Of a stretch of DNA of 64,000 nucleotides, positions 51,544 to 64,000 are shown piece by piece. The notes beneath the pieces were generated by a model. That model was given only the letters and a program-made list of their open reading frames with translations, did not search any database and was not told the origin of the DNA. This DNA comes from Octopus vulgaris (Eukaryota): assembly GCA_951406725.2 (NCBI GenBank), contig OX597830.1, forward strand, positions 67,208,001 through 67,272,000, read 5' to 3'. The stretch's first letter is position 1. Each line of letters starts with the position of its first letter. A program made the translations under genes and the position numbers.

Positions 51544-51910
51544 CATACCCCCTGGAAGCACATCCAGAGCAAGCACACAGGGACGCGCGCACGCTCACAG
51601 CATATCGTGCGGGCGGGCACATGCGCGCATCGGCACGCATAGGACACACTAGCGGGCATTGACCGCACACATACGTGGCATGCACACGCATGCATTATAT
51701 ATATGTAGGTGATATATGTGTGTGTGTGTGTGTGTGTGCACTGTGTGCGTGTGTGTGTATATGTGTGTGTGCGCGCGTTGTATGTGTTTGTGTGTGTGCA
51801 CGTGTGTATATATGTGTGTGTGTGTGTGCACTGTGTGCGGGTGTGTGTGTATGTGTGTGTGTGTGTGTGTGTGAGCATTGTATACATGTGTATGTATTTA
51901 CATATGTATC

Positions 51911-51953
<43 letters not shown>

Positions 51954-53822
51954 TGTGTGTGTATATGCATGGTATGTGTGTATATGTTAGTACTTTGTTT
52001 GTGTGTATGTGCGGCATGTAGAGATATATTTGAGTGTGTACGCTATAGGTTTGTAATTTGTGTGTGTGGGGGGTGGTGAATTTTTTATATATATATGTGT
52101 GTGTGTATGTGTGTGAAAAAATATATGTATGTGCATGTATGTATGTATGTATGTGTGTATATATATATATATATATGTGTATATATATGTGTGTGTGTGT
52201 ATGTGTGTGTGTGTATATTTATTTGCATGTTTATGTGTGTATAAACATGTACATTATTTGCATGCGCATTGTATATATGTATATTGTATGTATGTGTATT
52301 GTATATGTACGTGTACAATTAAGTGTATATATTTGTGTGTATGTGTGCACTGTATATATGTATATTGTAGGTGTGCTATATGTGCATGAATACATGTATA
52401 TGCATTGCGTGTATATATACATGTATATACATGTATGTGTATTGTATATGTACGTGTACAATTAAGTGTATATATTTGTGTGTATGTGTGCACTGTATAT
52501 ATGTATATTGTAGGTGTGCTATATGTGCATGAATACATGTATATGCATTGCGTGTATATATATGTATGCATTGTGTGTGCATGTATGTTATGTGTGTGTG
52601 TGTGTATATATATATTATATGTATGCGTACGTGTATGTGTATGCATTGTATGTATGTGTGTTGTGTGTATATGTGGTACATCTATGTATGTGTATGTAAA
52701 CACTATTTATATGTATATGTGTATATATGTATATGCATTGTCTATATATATATATATTGTATGTATGTATTGCGTATGTATATTGCATGCATATATTGTG
52801 TATGTATATTACTTACATGCTGTATGTGTGTATTGTATGTGTGTATATATATATGCTAGGTGTATTTGTGTGATATTTATATTATGTATGTATGTGTGCG
52901 TGTGTTGTGTGTGTGTGTGTGTATGTGTGTTATATATCTGTGTATATTATATATAGATACATGTTATATTTGTGTGCTGTGTATATATGTGATATATGTG
53001 GGTGCGTTGTGTGTGGGTGTGTGTGTTCTGTGTGTGTGTGTGTTGTCTGTATGTGGTTTGTGTTTGTATACTATGTGTGTGTGTGTGTGTGTGTGTTGTG
53101 TGTGTGTGTGTTTGTGTGTATATATATGTGTGTGACAAACAGACGCTGTCTGACCAGCAGGCACGGACACATCTATTCACACCCGCATACTAACCTCCTG
53201 ATAACCCCAAAATCATTCATGCATAAAGGGGAAGTATACACCACATTGGCTACTTCTGTTCTCTCAGTTCAGCCTTTCTGCTAATACTAACAGGTCAGTA
53301 AAAACATACTTAAAATATTCTGAGATGGACAAAAAATCCATTTTAATTTTTGCTGTCAAAACGCTGTATATATATACCAAAGATTGTATATATATACATG
53401 TAATGTGACAATTTGCGACAACCAATAATTAACGCAACCAATTCCCAATAATATATTTGTTTTATCCTTTTCTGCCAAATTTTCCCAAATAATGTGACAA
53501 TTATGTATAAAAAAACATTTTTGAATTCATAATATCCAATGTGACAATTATGTAAAAAACTTTTTTGAATGCATAATATTCAATGTGACAATTATGTAAA
53601 AAACTTTTTTTGAACCCATAATATCCAATGTGACAATTATGTAAAAAACCTTTTTGAATGCATAATATTCAATGTGACAATTATGTAAAAAACTTTTTTT
53701 GAACCCATATTATTCAATGTTTCCTTAAATGTAACTTTTGACAATCTTTTACCAAAGAGTGAAACCGGTTAAGTAAATAAACATCGTTTTAATTGCATTT
53801 TCAAACCTTTTTTCTTATATAT
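51487..53822 (+). repeat. PLE downstream pseudo-LTR
   Basis: Direct repeat of 45528-47863; ends ...TTTTCTTATATA, running into (TA)n. Confidence 0.93.
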
Positions 53823-53869
53823 ATATATATAGACATGTATGTGTATACTTGTGTGTGTGGTATAGGAAT

Positions 53870-54562
53870 AGAATGATAGACGGAATCGTAAAAGCTAAGA
53901 CAGGCTTGGAAAAAGATCGGAGGAAGGTAGATAGCAGAGAGTATCACTACATAGTTGTAGGTGGAAGAGAAACTAGGCATTAAGTGTATTTAGGTGGTGG
54001 AGGAGCATAAAATAAGAAGTTTGTATGTGTTCTCTGATGTAAAGATCAAAGGCAATAAGTATTCTGGACTGCAAGGAAAGGTACTAGAGAGAATAAGAGA
54101 CAGCGCTGAGATGAAATGTATTCAGAATAATCGCAGCGCACTTGTTCTTATTGATGATGAAAAAAAAGGAAAAGGTAAAAAAGTGACATTGTGAGAGATT
54201 GTTCAATGAGAGAAATGCATGGGAGAAAGAGGTTCTCCTTCCAGTGGACCCAACAGCGGAACCAGCCATCTAAGCAGATAGTAGTACGGGAGATAAAACA
54301 ACTGTAAACACGAAAGCAGGAAAGGCAGCTGGACTGTTAGGTAGAGTTGCTGTGATGCTGAAAATTTCGCGTTAACGTAAGTCATGTGCTAGTCACATGC
54401 GTAATCAATCAGGTGGTACAGGAAGGTCTCATACCCCATGACTACCGTAGCAGTATCGTTATTGACTGCTACAAAGGCAAAGAAGATGCACTAGAAAGAG
54501 GAAACTACAGATGCATGAGACCGATGTACCAGATTATGAAAGTTACCGAAGGAGTTTTAGTA
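53870..54562 (+). pseudogene. Old decayed RTE LINE internal fragment
   Basis: INQVVQEGLIPHDYRSSIVIDCYKGKEDALERGNYR...MKVTE, the region just upstream of the RT core. Confidence 0.7.
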
Positions 54563-55323
54563 CATATGATTATAATAAATTTATTTCTCTATATTGTTCC
54601 AATTTTAGTATATGCACCGCTGAAACAAATACAAGATATGATTTAAATGATAATAAGAAGTGTTTTGAATTTTTGCCAGCAATTTTAAGAGATGGGGTAA
54701 GTCAAATACATTCATCTCGGTATTCAGCTAGTACTTTATTTTATCAACCCTGAAAGGATGAAAGGTAAAGTTGACCTTGGCAAGATTTGAACTCAGTATC
54801 TCCAAAAAAAAAAAAAAAAAAACCAGGAAGAAATACGCAAAGTGTTTTTTCCTACATGCTAACGATGTTTTTCCAGCTCATTATCTTAATAATAAAAATT
54901 AAAATTAAAATATCAATGGTTTCTGATTTAGGTATGAGGACAACAATTTTCCCAGTATTTTATTTTACAGATTCCAGAAGGGTGAAAAACAATATTGAAC
55001 TTGGCAGGAAATGAACTCAGAGTGTCAAGAAAGCACAATGCGTTTAGTCTCACGTCCAATTGACCTTGTCAATCTGCTGGACTATAATAATTATATCTAA
55101 TTCAGGCACAAGGCCTGAAATGCTGAGAGGAGGAGATTGATCAATACTATCAACCCAAGTACTTCATTGGTATTGTATCTTATCATCCTTGGAGAGATGA
55201 GAAGTAAAGCTAGTTTTAGTGAGATCTGATCTCAGAATGTATACAGCTGGAATAAATACTGCGAAGCATTCTGTCTGACATTCTAACAGTTGTACCAGCT
55301 TAACACAGTGATGATAATTATTA

Positions 55324-55370
<47 letters not shown>

Positions 55371-55555
55371 ATTATTATTACTATTATTATTATTGAGTGA
55401 GAGAGCAGTTCATGCCATCAAAGTGACACTGGGGTAAAATATACAAAGCCCAATATACCCATCATGACTACCCGTCTGATAAGGGTACACCAGGCACATG
55501 CATCACAACCATATGTGCACGACATGGTGATCTCAATTATTATTATTATTATTAC

Positions 55556-55588
<33 letters not shown>

Positions 55589-55645
55589 CATTATTATCAT
55601 CATTATCATTATTAATAATGATAATGAAATACTAGTAGTAGTAAT

Positions 55646-55683
<38 letters not shown>

Positions 55684-55923
55684 TAGTAGTAATAATGGTT
55701 TCATATTTTGGCACAAGGCCACCAGTTTTGAGGGAGGGGACAGTCAATTACATTAACCCCAGTACTCAACTGGTACTTAATTTATCGATGCCCCCAAAAG
55801 GGATGAAAGGCAAAGTTGACCTTGATGGAATTTGAACTAGGAACATAAGGACGGACGAAATATGCCACTAAGCATTTTGCTTGCCGTGCTAACAATAGAA
55901 TATTGGTTTCTAATTTTGGCACA

Positions 55924-55995
<72 letters not shown>

Positions 55996-56200
55996 TTGCC
56001 AAAGCTCAAAGGATCCGCCGGTACGAGAAACGCCAACGCTTCTTTGAACAGAACAAAAAGTTCAACTCCGACCCCAAAAAGTTCTACCAAGAACTGGGCA
56101 AAAATAAAATAGAAGTGACTGCAGCACCAACGGCAGAAGAATTGGAAGAATTCTGGAGAGAAATATGGTCGGCGAACGAATCACCAAAACTGCTAGAGAC
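55996..56200 (+). pseudogene. R4/Dong-like ORF fragment after (TAA)n
   Basis: AKAQRIRRYEKRQRFFEQNKKFNSDPKKFYQELG...PTAEELEEFWREIWS. Confidence 0.65.
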
Positions 56201-57349
56201 GCAATGCACAAATACAGTTTTCCGGAAACTTGACTCTCCAGTGACATTTCTGTTAATTAACAAACGCTTGAACAATAATGCAGCAAGTACAGCTACAATA
56301 TAATCATCAGTAGTTCATTGGTTTGCAATCACTCCTTGATTTTGAAGGAGCTTTAAACTCGTAGCAATATCCCTATCAGGGATGGAAGGTCAGGTCGAGG
56401 ACGGAGGATAGCATAAAACACTTGAAGGAGGAATAAGTCGATTGAATAAGTACCAGTTACGCACTGGGGTTGATGTAATCAACTCTATCCCTTTGCCAGT
56501 CCTTGTTTAGCCACAAGGGCAATAAAGAAAAAAATGTAGTTGCTCAGGCCTAAATTACTCTAATTTAAAAAGAGAAAAAGAAATACGTACATGCATACAG
56601 ACACATATTTACATCCATACATAAATACATGCACTCATAACCACATACATGCATACAAGCATACACACACACACACACTCATAAGCACATTATTAAGATG
56701 TGGTCCAAAGCACATTTTATCGCTGTCGATCTTGTCGAGGATGACTGAGATGAGCAGCAGAGAGAAAGATAATTAACGGTATTTTAATTATAGGGATTTG
56801 TAGGGAGAGTGTTCGTATTGTCTGGATTGGGAGGTATCTCTAATAAAAACAACGAAAAAACCCCAGCTAGACTTAATAAAAAAACATTATAAACTGGTAT
56901 TTATTTTATGAAGCCATGAAAGGTAAAGTCGACATCAGAGGATTTTCTACTCAGAGCGTAGACACGGACGAAATACCGTTAAGTATTTTGCTCGAAGTGC
57001 TAACGATTCTGCCAGCTCGCCGTCTGAAGGAAGATAATCCTATGGACATGAAACATCTGTTGCAATCTTGACCACTACAACACATCACAATACAACGACA
57101 ATGCGTTTGCAATCCAAGAAAATGAAATTGCGATGAAATATCTAACAAACAAAAGAGATAGTGATCTCTTGAAGCTGCAAGAAATTGTTTATTATGCCGT
57201 GTTTCTGCGCAACATTTCGTTCGTAAGATTAGCAACTGCTCAAAAATATCACCAAAGTACTCCTTTGATGACTCAGAGGATGCACGTCGACACTTGGCAC
57301 TTAAATAATGTTGCCGAAGGGATACGACATTGAAAGGCAGTCTGGATTG

Positions 57350-57812
57350 ATATTAAACCTCTGCTGCCTTGTTTTCGTTTTAGGTATTGGCGTTGTACGT
57401 CACTGTTGGTGTGGAACTTGTGTCTGCTGGTTAGCATGTTTGGGGTTTTCACATCAATAGTTCGGATCTCATCGAGCGTCCAACCAGCCTAAATGTTGGT
57501 ATGAGTATTGGCACAGCAAATACATTTTGAGTCACTGTTTTTTTTTTTCTGAATGCAGAGTTCTGGGTCCAAATGTTCTTTATTCGACTATAACATTCTT
57601 TAATGACACATGATTTGTTGTTACATGTGTCATTGTATGATATGTTCTCTTCCACCCCTTGGTGCCTGTAACATCCCTCATCAGATATAGAGGAAACAGT
57701 TAAGTCAGTGTTGGAAATTTTGCTAGTCTTGCTTACAGTTTCCCTCATTTCACAATCATGTAGCAACATTTATTCTGGCCAAACTGCAGCTCTGTAGCCT
57801 TTGAGAATGTAC
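57350..57812 (-). pseudogene. Decayed R4/Dong-like RT fragment
   Basis: LQFGQNKC...YRHQGVEENISYN...KECYSRIKNIW...NVFAVPILIPTF. Confidence 0.65.
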
Positions 57813-58017
57813 GTATGTCCTTATTCAGTTTTATTTCAAGATTTCTTGCCAAAAGAGAAAGGGCCGGTTTCCTAACAAAAATCCAAGGCTCTTTCATTGT
57901 AATTTTAGCATCAACAACAGGATATGTTTGTGTGTATGTATATATGTATACGTACAGATTTGTGTCTTTTGTGTATGTATGTATGTATGTATGTATGTAT
58001 GTATGTATGTATGTATG

Positions 58018-58048
<31 letters not shown>

Positions 58049-58329
58049 GTATGTATGTATGTATGTATGTATGTATGCATGTGTGTATGCATATATATCT
58101 ATTTATGTATGTATGCAAGCATTTATGTATGTACGCCAGTATTCAGTTTTATTCAGTTTTATTTCAAGCTTTCTTGACAATAGAGGAGCCGGATTCTGAC
58201 CCAGAACCAATTCTTCTTCATTTGAATTTCAAAAATATAAATAAAATATTTGTGTATGTGCAAATTTGTATGTTTTGTTTTATGTATGTATTCCAATGCA
58301 TATACTTGCATATCTAGACATACTCATAT

Positions 58330-59280
58330 ATACTTAAATGATAAGCCTCTGGAAAATTTTATAAGATATTTAGAGTTCCATTGATTGCTTGGATCTGTAG
58401 TCTTCGAATTAGCTTTCTTCTTTCTGAGTTTGAGAAGTCCAATTACTCAAGATTGGTATTTAAGCATTGTGTTACATATACCAGTGCCCTAATAATTACA
58501 GGTATAAACACAAATTTGTAATCTGATTAGAGTAACTGCAGATTTTGCGTAGGTATTTTATTTTTCAGCGTATTTTCTCTTTCGCTTCTCTTCGGCTTTA
58601 TGTTAACATCTGCAGGGGAGTTGACTTCCACAACTATACACAGTCTCTCTTCTCTATCCCAAATGATTATACCACGTATAATAGGTTTATAATTTATTGA
58701 GGTTTCCAGTGGAGCATTTCACCAGTACTCCTTTTTATTATAAGTGGATATGGAGTCTACCATACCGTGGGTTCTTTGTTCTCGGGTTTATGCTTCCGAC
58801 GGAACTCGTTATATACAATGTCCTAGCTACTACATCATATCTCATCGGTAGCTAATACTGTGATGACATTTTCGAACAACTGCATAGGTTGTCATATATT
58901 ACTGCTTTTCATGTATCTCTCTTCTTTTGTGCATCGTATATTTGGTTGATATTTCATATCCCTGGATTGCAACCGCATACCCTTCAAGTCAAGGTGGGAA
59001 GTAGGAATCTGGTTGCTGGTCTATAATAGACTGCTTTAATGACAGATGTTACTATTATCTCGGTGCTTCCTACTCACATATACATGCATGGGCTTCTGCT
59101 GATATGCGCTCATCCTTTCATCTGATGACATACCGTGGTAGAGTCGTGCGGCTTTTTTGATATGTATTTAAGCTTATCAGACAAGAAATGCTGCTCAAGG
59201 AGCCGCTTTCCAAGTCTTATGATCTTAGCCTCATATATGCAAACCTGGTCAAGAGATGCACTTAGACATTTGGTGGTTAA
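58330..59280 (-). pseudogene. Decayed R4/Dong-like C-terminal region
   Basis: Broken minus-strand translation including FIPVIIRALGYVTQCLNTNLE. Confidence 0.55.
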
Positions 59281-60548
59281 AAGATTATGCATGTATGTCT
59301 GTATGTATGCATGTATGTATGTATATAAGCATGTACGTATGTATATATATACGTACGCATTCGTGTATTTATATATGCATATGCATCCATAAATTTATGT
59401 ATCTATGTATATAATCATGTGATTATGTATGTGTGTATGCATGTATATATGTATGTATGTGTGTATGTATATATGTATGTATGTATATATGAACGGATGA
59501 ATGGATGGATGTACGGATGGATGTCTACATGAATGTATATTGGATTACGTATGTATAAAAATTTTCTCATTTGACCTGTCATATTAGTGCATACATAAGT
59601 TTTGTCACGATTAGAATGCATTGTATGATCTTTATATAGGCGTGGCAAATTGCAGCAGTGACGGCCTCCTGATAAATAGATTTGTCTTTCGGTGTAAGCT
59701 TATCGACTTTTCTTTAAAACCAGTATGACCACTTTTATACTTCAATGCGCTTCACTATTGAATGTGTGGGTGTGAGGTTAAGACCGCATCATTCTACTTA
59801 AAGTAACTGAATTGAACAGTTTGGTTTTGATGAACAAACGCGGAAGTTGGCAATCGTATGTATCTGTTTTATGATTATTTTGTTTATCCTCAAACCTTTG
59901 GCTAATTTTCTAATCCCTGATCAAATGCTTTCGAACTTTTGCAGAAATGATGTAACACCTGCTTCGTTATCTGTGAACTCTTAGGAATGTTAATCAATTC
60001 CATTTAAAAATCTATAATTTATAGTTTCTCCCTGTAGTTTCGACACTATTCCGATATTTTAAAAACAATATTGTTTTTATTAACTTTTCATCCACAAATC
60101 TTCACTTTTGAACATTTTCGAAATTTATTTCATATGTTTGTGTTTCTACATTTAAACAAAATATGATTCAGACGTTCTTTTTTAAAATCTCAAAATAATT
60201 TTCATACATACATACATACATACATACATACATACATGCATGCATGCATGCATGCATACATACATATATACATACATACATACATACATACATACATACA
60301 TGCATGCATGCATACATACATACATACATACATACATACATACACATATGCAAACAGTGATAATCACCCACACATGTCTTGGAGATTTTGATGCAATTGT
60401 ATATTTTTATAATGACATTGTAGAGCAGGTGTGAGAGGCCGTACCTTGCCAGTTTCAACATGAAGCAGGTAGAATATTTCAACCAGATACAGCCAGTTTA
60501 AATGCTAAATGGTTAAGAATATCATTCACTCATTGCTGTGGGTGAATA

Positions 60549-60604
<56 letters not shown>

Positions 60605-61656
60605 ATCACTGCTTGACAATGAGTATTGGATTGTCTTTGTCGCCATGAAATAGCACTTTGGCAAAAGAAACCAACAGGAAAAGAATCTGACTTTAAAATA
60701 ATCACTGAAGTCAATTCCAATACCTAAACTCTTTGAGGCAGAGACCCCAGCAAGATCACAGATCTATGACTGATGAAAGTAAAAGAATATTCCTATTTCT
60801 ATAAAGAATGGGCTGGTCATGGCTGAACTGCCTCTGCTCACGGCTCTATTCAAATAGGTTTGATATGAGCTAACAACAATGATAACTACAGTGACAACTC
60901 ATGCTAAAAAGAGAGACTCTAGAAATAGCAGCTAAATTTCTTCCAAATCATACCCAATCTATAACAAAAAAGAAGTACATATTACAGGTAGATAATATAG
61001 TGTTAGATATGACCCTAAAAAGGGGAAAGATGATTATAGCTGGAATGCTTTTGATCATAGATCTACTTGATTTAAGTTTAACCTGGAGCTAAACAACAAG
61101 GAGTATCGCCGCCACCACCACAACTACTGCTATTGCTAACACCTCTTATATTACTTCAACCGCTACCACTAACATGTATTATGAATAGCATTTGAGAATG
61201 GACTTACTGCCACATCAAGTACATGCAATAACAATTGTAACAGAGGAAACATAAAGCCGGATATATCTCAATATGTTAGTGTGATGCGTTAATGTATATA
61301 AGCTAACAGGCATATTTACGTGTTTCAGGTGTTTTTAAAGCTTTCTATTTAATCCTTTTATTTAAACGTTTTGTTGAGTGTAGAAGATATATATATATAC
61401 ATATGTATGTGTATTTGTGTGTGTGCACGTGTATATATATATATTTATATACATCCATGTCCTCAGGTGTGAATCTTGGCTGGTGGGGGTGCTTGCCTCC
61501 CCTTCACAAATATAAGGACACAGGAAATGTGTCAAAGCCGACAGGAAGCGTTCGATGCTTCCTAGGGCTAAACAGCGGTGCTGTAATTCCCATCCGGGAC
61601 TGTCACATTCTGTTGACAGTATACAACCACACACACTCTCTCTCTCTCTCTCTCGC

Positions 61657-61703
<47 letters not shown>

Positions 61704-62441
61704 GGAGAGATAATTTAGATATGGCTGCTATATGGGGTTACTCTGGGTTTCATGTCCATGAAGTGCTTAGTTTTAAAGCGCTTCTTCAGACCCTAGATAG
61801 AGATATACACATATACACATTCATATTTATTCCAGAAATATACGATTTGGTATGTGATGTAGAATATGAAATATATGAGTTTTCTACAATACATATGAAA
61901 TATAAATGGTAATAGGGTTATAAATTATTAAAAGTTACAGAAATATAACAAATATATAAGGTATCTATCGAAATGTGCGTGCGTCTTCGTTCTTCTCTCA
62001 ACTCTACTAAAACTAAGATAATTTTATTTATAAGGTTTAAAGGATAGAAGGATAATGCATTATCTTCTTTTTCTCCCTCGCATTAGTCTTTCTCTCATCC
62101 TTCCATCCTTTATTCTCCTGTATTCCTATTTTCTTCTTCTTTCTTTCTCTTTCCAGTCACGAAACGATCTCCTAACCATAAGCTTAATACTATCTCATTC
62201 CTTTCCCACTATGATCGACATTGGAATCGTCGAGTCACATGACCCTATGTTAATTTTCATGAGAAACTGTAATTGTTAATTTTGACCCATTTCACCTGAT
62301 GAAAACGGGTTTTTCTTTTGCATGATGTTACAGTTCTGTTCCTCAATAAAAACACATTACAAACAGCTGTAGTGAACCTTTATCCATCAGTTGTTATTAT
62401 ATATAAATATAAATCTATCTATCTATCTATCTATCTATATA

Positions 62442-62479
<38 letters not shown>

Positions 62480-63194
62480 TAAACAGTAAAAATAATTACA
62501 GACATGGACAAGAACATGAAACGCCACAGAGACGACACAAGAACCACAGGACGGGACATTCGAAGCCCTCAGTCATCAGTCAAGAACCAGATCATCTTAG
62601 CAATTTCGGCTGATTAATCTTGAGATTGCTCCGATATGGGCAGCCCGCCAAGGGAAATCTAAGCCAAGTGCATTAGATCCCATGGAAGAAAGCTTCGAAT
62701 GTATACAACACGAGGACGGAAAACGAACGAAGTACACGAACAAAAATACAGAATACGTGACAACAATAAGAATACAAAAACGTAAAAACAATAACGGTAA
62801 AAATAAAAAATAAAAAATAAACAACAAAACAAAACCAGGACGTAGGACAAGGGTCTTTCGACAGGACGAATTGAGTATGGGGCTGGCTTATGAAGTTGTG
62901 CCTAATGGCCACAGGGAGACGAACAAATACGTGTTGCTTCAGCGGCTGCTGGAACGAAAAGAGCGCTCAACAGCGGCTAGCGGTCACGTGAGAACAAAAG
63001 ACAAGAGAAAGGGACAGATGAAAAGAGAGAGAAGGTGGACGAGGGAGGAGAAGAAAGAGACAGATCGAGGGGGCTGGAGGTGAGAGAGATAGAGAAACGT
63101 AGGAGGGGGGGGGGGGGAAGACGGATGGAGAGGGAAAGAAAGGAGGGGGAATAAGGGAGGAGAGAGAGAGAGAGAAAGAAAGATTAAGAGTCGT

Positions 63195-63229
<35 letters not shown>

Positions 63230-63319
63230 GCAGTAGAAGTGGTAACAATAGTAGTAGTAGTAGTAGTAGTGGGAAGAGGAGGCGGCGGCGGAGGAGGTGG
63301 TGGAAGGGGAGGAGGAGTA

Positions 63320-63690
63320 GGCATCCGTCGAGTGCGTTTTTCTTTGGTTGCGAGTTTCTGTTACACTTCCCCTCGCCTATATGACTACTGGACCCAGGCT
63401 GTGGTGCCCTGGGACACCTGCCGAGCCATACCACAAGAACAAAATCTTCCAGAGGCCTTTTCGACATTGACTTCAGTGTGGACGATCATTTGCGACCTCC
63501 TCTCATCTCAGGACATCCAGATCAAGCGACTTCATAACTCCCTTGAAGACGTCCTTGAACCGAAGGTGAAGTCATTCTCGTGCTCTTGTGCCGGTGGGCA
63601 ATTCCCGGTACAGAAGGTTTTCGAATCCTTCCGTCCGGTATTCGATGCACGTAACCGAGCCAACGCAGACGACGCTGCTGGAGTAGGATG
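63320..63690 (-). pseudogene. RTE/BovB-like LINE 3' fragment
   Basis: [21 protein letters not shown]...ELPTGTRARE*LHLRFKDVFK. Confidence 0.7.
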
Positions 63691-63701
63691 AGATACTCAG
63701 G

Positions 63702-63891
<190 letters not shown>

Positions 63892-64000
63892 GGCACGTAT
63901 GAATGACGAAGCCACCTTGAGCATAATCCTATGAACCCAGAAATTGAAAACAGAGGGTTACCCACTTGCAAATAAATGTGGTAACATATAACAATATTGA

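Noticed and set aside
51543-51700. GC/CpG-rich segment after the PLE ORF as a possible SECIS element
   Set aside because: The intact 758 aa ORF has no in-frame TGA and I see no SECIS core; it may still be structured RNA
54386-54562. RTE fragment ends near the motif (KVTE) where the 31435 copy begins, suggesting one split element
   Set aside because: The 54 kb fragment is far more decayed and the order is reversed; likely coincidence

Overview
AT-rich, microsatellite- and SINE-dense metazoan genomic DNA. The repeat families suggest a coleoid cephalopod such as Octopus (inference). The only host gene I can support is the 3' end of a synaptotagmin-14/16-like gene on the minus strand: three GT-AG exons encoding the C2B domain (26647-26836, 22378-22590, 20202-20302). 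The dominant feature is a very young, ~13.4 kb Penelope-like retroelement (PLE) complex at 40382-53822, inserted in (TA)n. It comprises an inverted 5'-truncated copy joined head-to-head to a pLTR-body-pLTR unit. The PLE has an upstream ORF1 overlapping the RT/GIY-YIG ORF in the -1 frame, with an in-frame U_UUU_UUA slippery heptamer, which suggests gag-pol-style programmed frameshifting. Its pLTR carries ~1.5 kb of microsatellite-like DNA, a 44-47 bp tandem array and a hammerhead-like motif with a U3-A8 core variant. Other content: hammerhead-like motifs in small foldback remnants, RTE/R4-Dong/CR1-like LINE fragments, tRNA-derived SINEs, a Helitron, a Helitron-derived palindrome, a Helentron-like element, MITEs and a decayed pogo/Tigger transposase. 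All calls are by eye, and repeat boundaries are approximate unless junction bases are quoted.
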